Assembly: GCF_018977255.1 (NCBI RefSeq)
Contig: NW_024704748.1
Coordinates: 10,974,001 to 11,038,000, forward strand
Reading direction: 5' to 3'
Source: Callorhinchus milii
Lineage: Eukaryota
DNA length: 64,000 bases
Shown here: positions 26,027-37,331 of the stretch, piece after piece
Layout: each line of letters begins with the position of its first letter
How positions within the stretch are numbered: position 1 is the stretch's first letter
Translations under genes and position numbers: made by a program
Notes under the pieces: generated by a model
What the model saw: the letters and a program-made list of their open reading frames with translations, nothing else
Told to the model about the DNA's origin: nothing
Databases searched by the model: none

Positions 26027-29000
26027 CTGCACACGAGTGTCTCTCTTACCTCGATCAGCAGAGCAGAGCGAGGGAGAAATAGCAGGGTGATGCTTGTGTT
26101 GGCTCAGCTCGCTTTAAAATTCACAACCTGTGCACCTGTGCCACCTTACGCTGTGCTTAACGACAACACAAGGAAACACGGCACAAGGCAGAAGACAGGC
26201 AGCATTAATTGCCATCATGCAGTCAGCATCCTGTGCCAGAACATTCCTGTCCACTTCAATTCAGTTCCACAGCCTTGTGGATTCCTGGGAGAAAAGCCTA
26301 CAATTAGAATGGGGAAAGGACGAGAGGCAGAGGGAAGAGAGGATGAGACAAAATGCCTAAGAGGGAAGAGGGGTTTGCTCATCCTTTTAAAAATCAGGCC
26401 CGCAAGATTTCCGCTGGAAAAATAACCGCCCCCACCCCCCCGACCACCAAGTAAAACAATTATGCTAAATTCTATGATCAAGATAAGACCTAAATAAGCT
26501 GTAAACAGTGTTGACAGTAAAAATGAAGAGTGGTGACTACCCGGAGCTGAACATGCAAGAGTTCCTGGGCAATCTAATTGCTTTTCTGCATCTTCTTCTC
26601 TCCCGAATGTATTTGCTTAAAACTCACATAAGAAATGCCTCACGACGATTATTAAATTCTAAAGTGACAAGACCGATTGCTGCTTGCATTTGGAGAGCTG
26701 GGGCGATACTGGACCTCTAATCCAGGTGGACGGAGGAAGAGAACAGGACCCGAAATTTGCTTTGAGACTGCTCTGGATGAAGGTTTTCGCTTCTTCATAA
26801 AAGCTTTTGTTTTATTCACAAAAGGTCACACTTTGGGCTCAAGGCAGAGCTGTGACAGAAATGTTCATGAGAAACAGTTCTTGTCCTGGCATCTGTCGCT
26901 TGGAATAGTCCAGAGCAAAAGGCCTCTGAAAAATAACTGCGTAGCATCTGTCCTGCACAAAAAATGTTACAAGAAGAATCTACTGCCTGGTGGTAAAGAA
27001 CTGTCAGGGTGAGTTTCATGACAACCAGCAGCACTACCAAAATGAAAATGCAAACATAATTTCCATGTCACCACATATAAACCTTCCACTGAATTCACAG
27101 CACAAGATGCGGACAGCATCATTTCCAGCCTGTCCACATCACAACAAGCCACTCGCTATTTAGTTTCCAGTGACCCTAGTAAGAAACACAGTAGTAACAA
27201 GCCCGCGCTAACAACTGCCTTCAGCAATAGAAATTTCTGACCTATCTTCTTAAACCTTCAGTATCTCTTCCGGTTGGCCTACATAGGCTGCATTTATAAG
27301 ACCAGTTATATGCAACAGCCCCTTTAACATGTTCATACAGGGCTAACATTTCCGAGGAATAGGTTTCACAGTTAATAAAGGAATAGTTCCCGCATCTGGT
27401 GCATTCATGCCTTAAATATTATGCAGAATACATAGGGATTTCATACACACAAAAAAAAGATGTACTGCTCCTCTCCTAACCCCCATCCAAAAAGGCAACC
27501 AAAACAGTAATTATTAACCTTAAAAGGACCTAAATTTCCCCAATCACAGTATCCTCAGTAAAATTTCAGAACAGTAAGCTAATGAGTCCAACTAATCAAT
27601 GAGTCGTGCACTTGCCCTTGTAATCCGGCAGACTGCAGAATGCGCTCAGTGACAGGTCTCTTCACAAGATCTCTTCTTTGATCCGTAAGGAAAATATTTG
27701 TAGTAACCAAAGATTTGATCTGAGTTAAATGCAACTGAAGGTAGAACTGACTCGCACTTAAGAATTGTTAACGTAATGACTACCATGCTACCAGGTACTG
27801 TGAATGTGATTTTGGCTGAGCGTAAAACAGGGCTAGGCAAAAAGGTGAAATTACCTTTTATTGTTTCCAATTGTTTAAGCGAAGACATTTTTATTGTGTC
27901 TTATGTCAGAATGGTACAAACACTTCACTAGTAGTTAATGTCAAATGCAATTTCTTGCAGGAAAAACGTGACAGCAATTTTGTGACAGCACGGTCCCACA
28001 AACAACCATGAAATGTGATGACTTATCAATTTCTAAGATTGTTGACTGTCACTTTGCTTTACTGGAGAAGCACCTGTCAAGAGTTATGTGTCAAAATCCT
28101 TGACAATGTAATGGTAGTAGCCTGGTTGTTTACATAAGCAAAGCAGGGATGTAAATTGTCTTTCTCAGGATCGCACACTTGTATAAATTTATCGAGCAAT
28201 TTGTATTTACCACAAATCTAAAGGTTTGTACGTGCACGCTAAATAATTCCATTGGGCTAACTAACATCAAGTTAGCATCTGCCTGTCAGTAAACGCTACA
28301 AGGCTATGCATCCTCTGAGGGAACCTTGGGATTTGGGAGTTAACTTTTGTCATGGCTTCTGTGCCCAACTGATCACAAGAGAAATTCAAAGGAAGAAGCC
28401 CTTTGACCTCAGCTTCGCAAAATACCAGTCTTATTGCCTTCTCATCACAGTATTAAGTGCTTTCTTAAATGAGTCCAGGGACCTGACCTTTACCACTCTT
28501 CCAACTGTTCAAGGTTCTACTCTCCCGTTCCATGCACCGATTATTACCTGTATAAACAAACAATAAAATAATGAATTCATTGATTAATAAATTAATTCCG
28601 GAACCTGTGCCCTGCCCAATGCCTTGACAATACATGGAAAAATGCTTGTACAGCTCCAATATCAGTTGTTCTGCCACCTGTCAAATGGTTGCCTGCTTGG
28701 GAACTAATGAGTTGTTCTCTGTGGAGCAATAATGTTTTCCATGATTTTAACTTTGTAAGAGTTCAACTGGATAGTTGTAATGATAAATACACTTTTAGTT
28801 TATACTAATGTAAAAAGCACTCACATTAATCATTTCAATTTGTACTTCTGTATAGATGATGGAACAAAAAATATCCATACTGTGTTGTTCCACTTGATTC
28901 CTAGCTCACCTCCAAAAGCAATAGTGTTTTTGTCAATTAAAAAAAGTCAAATTGATTCTTACAACATTTATACATCAATATTTCGTCTTGTACAAAAGAA

Positions 29001-29519
29001 CAATTGCTTACTTAGGTAAGCAAATGTTGCAAGGCCACTTCACAAAAGATGTAATCGGGGACCTGAAGGCCTTTGTTACATTTCCTGTTACTCTAGGACT
29101 CGGGCTCAAATTCAGCTCAAATGGTTTCCGCTGTCAATCTTTTTTCACGTGATTGTACTTTCAGAAGATAAAACTGTTGCAAATTTGGCACTAATTTTAC
29201 CATCTCACCTAAAGGGGGCACATGGCTGGCTGGCAGGCAGACAAAATGGAAATGTCACAACTGTACTTTGGGGATTGCTCTTGTACAGTTGAGGCTTGGG
29301 TAAATTGTTGGGGAAAAGCAAGGGACACTTTCCTCTGTTGCCAATTGTCCTGCTCGACTTCAGTGTCCGATGTTCACTATGAGTGTCAGTGCCAAAATGC
29401 ACTTTGATTCTCAAAAAAAATACAAACATTTAGCAAACCAAAGTTGTGCAGATAACAATTTTTGTAACTGAATAATTCATTTATGGTTGAGCACGGATAA
29501 GTGATGGCAATTACACATG

Positions 29520-29840
29520 TCTTTGATTCAGCGCCTCATCAGGCCGTTGAGATATCTCAAAACACTTCACAAAATTTTACTATGAAGTGCAGAAACTATT
29601 TAAGGGCAAACATGGCAGCCAATTTGCCCGCAGCAATGTCCCACAAATAGCCATGAGTGAGTGACCAATTTTATCTGGGAAGATATTTGCCAGGCACTGG
29701 GAGAAATTCCCTTCCCTTTTGGAATTGGGCCGTGCCATTTTTAAGTTTTAACGTCTCATCCAAAGGATGGCACCTCCGACAATGTAGCACACCCCTAGCA
29801 CTTCAATAGAATGTCAGTCTATATTGCGAGTTTCAAGTCC
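29520..29840 (-). mobile_element. Deu-domain SINE, degenerate
   Basis: ggcagccaatttgcccgcagcaatgtcccacaaa core and tttaacgtctcatccaaaggatggcacctccgac. Confidence 0.7.
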
Positions 29841-30398
29841 CAAAAGCTATCAGTTCAGATTTTTATATGACATTAAACAGCACAGTTGGAAATAGGGTAC
29901 AAATAAGTAGAAGTTTATAGAAAGTGTCAAAGTATTTGGATCTCCCTATAATGTTTGTACTTTTCTGTTCTACAAATGCTAACAGAAAAGCAGAATAGAA
30001 GTCAGATTGAATAAGATTAAAATATTGTTTTTACAGTTGGTCTAACATCCAGACTAGCTTGTTGCAGCTAAATGTAGTCAAACCCTGATAAAGAAAGAAC
30101 TCATTTGCCAAGGAATGTTCTATTTGGCTCAGGGTTGTACCTGGTTCAGGAATTATACATAATAGGAGCCGATGGGAATGTACACTCTAATCTGCACTTG
30201 GGAGAAGACGTCTGCATACAACAATTGGGTGAGGATCGTTTATGGCAATCTAACACTTGAGAGAAGATACCCACACGGCTCAATTGGATAGAATCGTACA
30301 CTGCAAAATGTATTTTCACCAGATTCATATTGTACTAGAAAGAACGGAATGGTATTCTGCATATCCTCCATTCATCTTATCAGAACTTGTACACAACA

Positions 30399-30770
30399 GA
30401 AGTCCTGTAGGATAGTGGTTAGCGCATTCGAGTCACAAGCGAGAGGATGTTGGTTTGATTCTTGGGCAGGTCTAAACCTTAAGCAAGCTTCCTTACTCCA
30501 CATACTTCTGCTTTCCTAGTAGTAAACAGGAACCCGGTTGATAGTTGATTGGCAGATCGTTTTCAGGGGTTAATATTCCTTTCAAAAAATATATAATAAT
30601 GTGGTTACTCAATCCACAACTGATTGTGGGATACTCTTGTGCGCAATTGGCTGCTACGTTTCGCCCACAAAATATACAACCAATTCCCTTTACAATATGT
30701 TCTGTGAAGCACTTTGAGATGTCTCAACGACGTGATAGGCACTATATCAAATGCAAGGATTATTATTATA
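30399..30770 (+). mobile_element. Full-length tRNA-derived SINE, older variant
   Basis: gtcctgtag..tagtggttagcgca head, Deu-like core, tail cactatatcaaatgcaagg(att)n. Confidence 0.85.
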
Positions 30771-33700
30771 ACACAAGTGGATGATCGGAAGAGAAATCTG
30801 AAAAATGTTGTTTTCACAAAGGTTGGTGAGAATACAGAATATCCCGTCTCAGAAGACCACAGATGAAGTATAGAGAGGCACTCACAACTTAAGATAGGTA
30901 AATACATGGCAAATAAGGTTTGTTAAGTGACATGAACAAAAAGAAAGGCAGGAAAACAGAATTTTAAGAGTGGCCAATAAACTTCATGCCAGAGTACCCT
31001 GGATGAGCGGAATGGCCTACACCTGTTCCAATTTTTTCTAAAGTTACATTTTACATTGTGGCACTGAAATAGCCTGACCAGGCAGATTTCATGGCATCAA
31101 TAACAATATGGATACAACTGAGCTGGTGTGTGTAAATCTGGTGGTGGGGGGAAAAATAATCGCAAGAATTCACACTATTACAGGCAGCACCACCATCTCT
31201 TTAATACTCTATTGACACTGTTCTTTACATGTCAATTCAATCCACAAATGTCACTGAACCAATGCTAAGCAGGAGGGTAAGTACTATTTTAGGTTCACAA
31301 TCAAAAGCAAATGATGCTTGAATTCACCCTGAGGAGGTGATTTCACCAGATCAATTCTTATTGAATGGCTTCTAAAAAGTTCTTGAGCAACCTTAGTTTT
31401 GTTTTAATGCTATTCAAGCGCTATCCACAAGACCAGCTCTTCACCACAGAAGCTGACTGGAGTTTGGCATCAGTTAGTGGAGCTCTGAGCATGTGTTTAA
31501 TTGCACCTTAGCAGAGTTCTTGTCAACCCTTGGCTAATGTGATTTGGAGAGGTAAATGTAATGTGGTTTCCTGCTCCAAATCCTGTTGGAAGTGAGCTCA
31601 GATCACTTGTGAACACTGCATTGAAAAGAGGGCTGTCATCAGTGTCAGAGCTCCAATATAACTGTGGAATGTTTCTCCAGCTAAGTCAAAAACAGTTTTT
31701 TTTCATTTTTACCTTCACTTGGAATATTTTAAATTTAAATTGCTCTGCTGATACCGTGGTGCTCTCTGAACAATTCCAACCTTCTATCCTTCACTATTAA
31801 GGCGCGCTTGCCTTAATAACAAGAAAACAGCTTCAAACAAGGAAACAACGTTTCTTTGTTCCTGCTGCTCCAGAACGGTCAATTACAAGTGCAAATCTGC
31901 CTTGTTAATGTGTTAATACTGCATTAGATGCCCATTTGTTTCATTTCACAAAAGAACTGACAGTAAGTATCCGTTCAGATTAACATTTGATTTTTTTAAA
32001 AAAACAATATTGTCCACTGTGATTTACCATTTTTAAAATTCCAGATTTTTGAAAGTTTCCTGAAGATTGCAGACATTTCTTTTTCCCTCTTTCAAAAACT
32101 AAAGCACTTTCTACTTCCACGTTATATAACCATGCTGAGCCAAATGTCAGCCATGACTGATATGACAAGTAGATGGGGAACCACCTACAGCTTTCACTAC
32201 ATGGTATGTGAGAGGAGTCGGGTGAAGATGTTTGTCCCCTACTCCTCCCTACCCCAACACAAGACCCTAAGCTTCCGAGAATTGGTCTCTCACTTAACAG
32301 TAATGGTGGAATGCACCCCCACCCCACCTCCCCACTCTTTTAAACAATTGAATGTTTAAAAGAGAAACAGGTTTTGCTTTTGGTCAGCTGGATGTCTGTA
32401 ACATGCAGGAAAAACATCACTATAGTTAAGAGTATACAAAACAGACCAAGAATTCCATGTATGTATGCCACTGGCACAAGGACATTTCCCAGTGTCTGGA
32501 ATGAAATATGCACTCTCTCACTGGGGAGTAATAGCGCCTGTCCACAGTATGGACCCCCCCACACCCATTGAATGATAGCTCTGCCAGTTCAAAGGACATT
32601 CATAAGCTAAGCAGCAACTGCTCACTCTCAGCACATCAATCAAGGTGGATACCAAGCCCTGTATGTATACGAGTGTGTGTTTATGAATCTAGACTATGGG
32701 TAATGTTTTCTAACAGCTGTCGTCCAAGCCTCAGAGATTCCTTATAAGCTATCTGATGGCTATCTGCTTTCAATGTGGTGGGAGGACCTATGGAGGACAA
32801 CTTGTGATGTGCCAGCCACCTTGATGTTCCAGAGGTCCAAGAACAATGCTGGTTAGCAGGTTCACTCAACATCAATCGTTTAATTTACTTGAGCAATCTT
32901 GGCATCAGACATACCTGTCTTGAAGCTGCCTCCACCTCAGGCCACCCTCCTCCCTGAAGGGGCAAGGAGCAAAGGTGGAGTAAGGGATCTGACAAACTGG
33001 ACTAACAGGCCCAATGGGCTGAATACTTTCTTCCTGTTCCTATTTTTATATGTCCATAAAGTGCCAGATGCTGCATCAGTATATGTGTAGATTTATGGCT
33101 CTCGTTTTTTATTCAATTCCACAATTTTAAGTCATTTTTCTGTCCTCCTCAGGTCTCTCCCATGTCTCATACCATTCCTGGCTAAGGCTGCAGTCAGTCT
33201 AGCTGCTCCCAGACCTCTGTCAATGCTGCTTTATAATCAGCAGTGTGAGAACAGCCTCGGGTGATATCCTTGCCCATCCCTTCTTTCTGTACCTCTCCCA
33301 AGGGCCCAGCTTTGATCTGGTTCATGGGGGGGGGGGGGGGGGTAGGAAATAATGGGAGCAAATCCCTATGTTTACCATTATGTGACACAGCATGTCAATC
33401 CACTAATTTATAGTGCTTATCTACTCAAGGCAAGTTCCTCAAAGAAACGTATACAACAAGTTGTAGAGTCAGCAGTTTCTAATCAGTAAAATTGGTCTCC
33501 TTCTACCCTCACCAATCACTGCTCTTTGTCCTTCCCCCCCACCTCTCCACTTTGACTCCTGGTTTGTCTGTGGTAATATCACCTTGCAGCTGCTTCTGTG
33601 TCATGTCAACAGTACTGTGGACAAAACCGCTGGACAAGCATCACAGTGTAAGCATCCAAGCTTTTCTTCAAATGTCACTAAAATATGTGATTGTATTTGC

Positions 33701-34949
33701 TGTAAATACACGCTTGAAATGACCCTGAAACGGATGTCACTTGCTAGAAACCAAAACAAAATAGGGGTTTGTTTGTGTATTTTACAAGGGAGAAGATACC
33801 ACAAAAAAGTGTTTCAAATGCTTGCTTCAATTGTGGCTTTTCCCTGTGTTATTTGGTCTACTGCAAATGAAATATTATGAGCCACAATCAAGGGCAGTGA
33901 GCCTTGGATTTAGTTCAAGAAACAAAGTCTGTCTTTAGTACAGTACAAGTGAAAGTCTGGATTTCAGTTTGTGGATTCTCTGAAATCCCTTTGAAATGCA
34001 GCCTGTGCTTGCAAGATGGCCAGAAAAAGTCAGAGGTAGTTACTGCTATTGCTTGTGACAATTCATGGAATGGGTTATGCGATCACACTGAAATATCAAA
34101 AACGTGTGTTGTAATGAAAGAAAATTGTCTAACAAAACCATGAAGTGTGCTAACCTTACTGGGGTCCACACCGAAACCAAGCCAAGTAATGATATAATGA
34201 CCTTTAATGAGTATCTAGGGAAGCAATCTAGTACCACAGTAAAAGACAAAGGGCAAAAACCATCATAGCTGAACTGACATTAATTCAATCTGATTGTTAA
34301 AGCAGCTGAAGAATGTAAGAAAGGAAATGTGATCTCTACATCTGACCTCCCTTTGATTCAACCCCCACTGCTGCCATTTCTAATTGTCAAATAGTCACCA
34401 TTTCACATCTGCTTATATTAATTAAATGAAAATCGGAATCTTGCCACTCACTGTCCTTTGATGGGGGGAAAGCTGCTTCAGTTAAACAGGCTCTGAATCG
34501 TTTGTGTTTTTTGGGGTTTATACTGTACTTGATTTACAGTTTTGAACCACCAATCCGACAGGAGAGATAAACTTTTTGTCTTATTTGGGTTGGAACCCAA
34601 GCCAAATGAATCATTACAAATGATGGCAGAATGTGTGTATGCGGTGAGTTTAAAAAGGTGAAAGTTTAAAAAAAATTCACTGTGTAGACTACTGCAACAA
34701 ATATCACAACTTAAGTTTAAGTAAAGAAATACTAAGTAATAACAAATCTGTTTATATCCGGTCTCACGCTATTTAAAGGTCTGGATACAGTGCCTGTCAC
34801 ACACAGTTAAACCTGTGCTTCTGTTTGCACATTACCACTTTGTACCATTCAGATTTCAATCGGAATTTTCATATGCTGTGTAGATTCAGAGTCAAACTAA
34901 CAGCGTAGTTTGTTTACTGTACCCTGCAGTAAATACTCACCTTCTCCAT

Positions 34950-35400
34950 AACAAAAGCAAACTGGATTTATATCACGCCTTCACATAGGGTAACATCTCA
35001 CACATGGGAGAGGGGGAAGAGGGAAGGGAGACAGGCAATAGCTGTAGAGGCAGGATTTGCGGCAAGACTTAAAGATAGAAAGAGAGGAGTGATAAAGGAA
35101 GGAGTACAAGAGCTTTAGGGGCATAGGAAGCAAAAGCTCTGCCACTGATGGTGGCAGACAGGCTGGAATAAACCTGAGTTAGACGAGTTGCAAGGGCGAG
35201 CGGAAGAGTAGGATAGGAGATCAGCGATAAGAAGGTGCCAGAGAGTAGATAGATTTGTAGGTGAGGATGAGGACCTTGAAATCGATCTGCTGTGATCTGC
35301 CAGTAGAGACTGGCAAGGGCTGGAGTGATGCAGACTAGAGTGGAGATTGATGTGGACGAGAATGCCGGCGTCAAGAGTTTTGGATGATAAATTGTTAAAT
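34950..35400 (-). mobile_element. Degenerate L2 LINE 3' region
   Basis: ITPALASLYW...ATISGRAFASYAP in ORF 35069..35374. Confidence 0.7.
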
Positions 35401-35604
35401 AGTTTGATTTGAATACTCAGAAACTTTTCAGCCTGGAAAAATATCACAACACATGTATCAGGCAGGGTCATACCATGAACTGACCGTAATCGGAGGACAT
35501 AAATATACTGATAGATCTACAACTACAACAAATTGCACTTATATAGCAACCTTCACGCAGGGTGGCGTGTCAGCTCACTGAAATCTCTGGAGACAGCTAA
35601 TAGG

Positions 35605-35865
35605 AAGTTTAGGAGAAATTTCTTCATGCCAGAGGATATTAAGAACGTGGAACTCAACTGCCAGAAGCTGTGGTTGGAACAAATAGCATCAGTGCATTGA
35701 AGAGAAAACTTGATGCGTACATAAGGGAGAAGGGAATAGAGAGATATGGGTGAGGGGAATTGCAGGGGTGGGGGCTTGTGTAAAGTATAACCACCAGCAT
35801 AGAGTAGTTGGGCCGCATGGCCTGTTTCCGCGCTGTACCACTCTGTGTAACTCTATGTGACTCTG
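35605..35865 (+). mobile_element. CR1-like LINE 3' end
   Basis: tttaggagaaatttcttca...gtggaactcaactgccagaag...ttgggccgcatggcctgtttcc, then a (actctgtg)-like tail. Confidence 0.7.
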
Positions 35866-37144
35866 GGCAGAGGGGAGTCTAATTGCTGAGAGATTTTGCT
35901 CAGTTCAGATCAACTTGATGCAAACTGAATGTGACCTCCAAGTGGAAATGGGCATTACACTGTGAACTAAAAATGACAGAATTACTGTTTTTTACAGAGA
36001 TCTGTCACACCACAGCATAGCTGGCTCAAATATTTTAATTCATCATTTGAATTTTGCAGATCCCACCGCCTGTGTAAAACTAGCAAAAGCTTCAGGCCAA
36101 GGGAACCAATAGCTGCCTAAATCTACACAATGTCTGACAAGGCATTAAAGTTGCATTTTTACAAGATACTTTAGACTAGTTTTACCCACTCTTCTCCACC
36201 CTACTCCCCCCAGGAGACAATGGCAGCTTTTGTTATTGCACGAAGGAGAATTATTTTATTTTCTTCTCTTTTCTTCCCCCACCCACACACACACACCAAC
36301 CCAAATTGTCCTTTGGAACTTTCTGGGCCCTCCTTCTCAAGCAGATGAAAGCTGGTATCCTGGTTACCTGTCAGGGGGATAAATCTAAAGTGGTTTTGCC
36401 TTTTCTACCTGGGCAGGAATCTGAAGACCACGTTCCACACTTGTGGTAGTGCAGAAGTGATGGGGGGTGCATTAGCCAGGTGGGATGCAATTGAACTCCA
36501 GTAGCGAGTACAAAGAGCTGTGGGACCAGAGAAGCTGCAATACATTGAGGACTAATTGCCTGGAGTTGGGGAGTTGACTTCATACACAGAAACAACAGCC
36601 AAGAACAGAGACTGAATAGAAATGTGGTACTGTACATCTCATTTTGCCACTGTTCCAGGCCAATGAAGCCATGGGTGGGGATTGTACTTGTGAAAGAAAA
36701 AGATAGTGAGAAAGAGAGAGAAGACAACAGAACATTTGCATAACCAAAGATAACAAAGTAATAATTGGAAAGAAAGTAGCTAAATTCGACAACATATTTT
36801 CCCCAGGGTTGTGCACATACCATTTTCTGCCACTTTCTTTAACTTTAATAAAGTCACTTGTCCATAGCTTACTCGCAACAACATTCAAAGACATGGAGTA
36901 AAAATGCATTTCAATAGTACTGCACAGTACCAAGAACATCAACACTGCACAGTGGGTCTCACATGCACATGTACAGACCCATGCTCAAGCAAAGCACACA
37001 TAGCCAGCATTTTACACTAGGAAGCCCATTGAACACTGTGGCAGCAGCAGCCAAACAAAAACCAGCTCACCGGACCACAGAATACAACACAAAAGGGACG
37101 ACTCCACATACAATTGACATGGAACAGCATGGTATAAAACTTAC

Positions 37145-37318
37145 AGGCACGTAAACTGGTGGAGCAATCATTAACAGAGACAGAAGAAAGTGGGAAGGTT
37201 CTCTCAAGGGTGTCCATGTTACTATGTACACTGCCTGACATGCAAGCGCAGTCACGCTCACAGCCTCCGCAATCAAAACAACATGCGAGTTTCATTCTCT
37301 TGTAGATGGAGATCTTGG
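37145..37318 (-). CDS. KCNMA1: KCNMA1 STREX exon, 174 nt, (P)KISIYKRMKLACCFDCGGCERDCACMSGSVHSNMDTLERTFPLSSVSVNDCSTSLRA(F)
   Basis: acatgattatag|CCAAGATC...CGTGCCT|gtaagt; 58 codons, phase 1-1; clear homology to STREX. Confidence 0.98.
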
Positions 37319-37320
37319 CT

Positions 37321-37331
37321 ATAATCATGTT
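37321..37331 (-). promoter_or_regulatory. CaRRE1-like element (CaMKIV-responsive splicing element) at the STREX 3' splice site
   Basis: AACATGATTAT abutting the acceptor AG; 10/11 match to the CACATNRTTAT consensus, at the known position. Confidence 0.7.

Noticed and set aside
33326-33342. Poly-G runs (also ~41516, ~49253, ~58612) as possible G-quadruplexes
   Set aside because: Simple homopolymers that are common in such genomes and error-prone in assemblies
34941-34961. In-frame 21-nt AG...AAG|gtgagt segment
   Set aside because: The acceptor lies in an L2 tail and has no pyrimidine tract; likely chance
36628-36660. LEQWQNEMYS resembling [10 protein letters not shown] of exon 55768-55877, a possible duplicated exon
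   Set aside because: Only a 14-nt match, in the wrong position and phase, with no flanking similarity; probably chance
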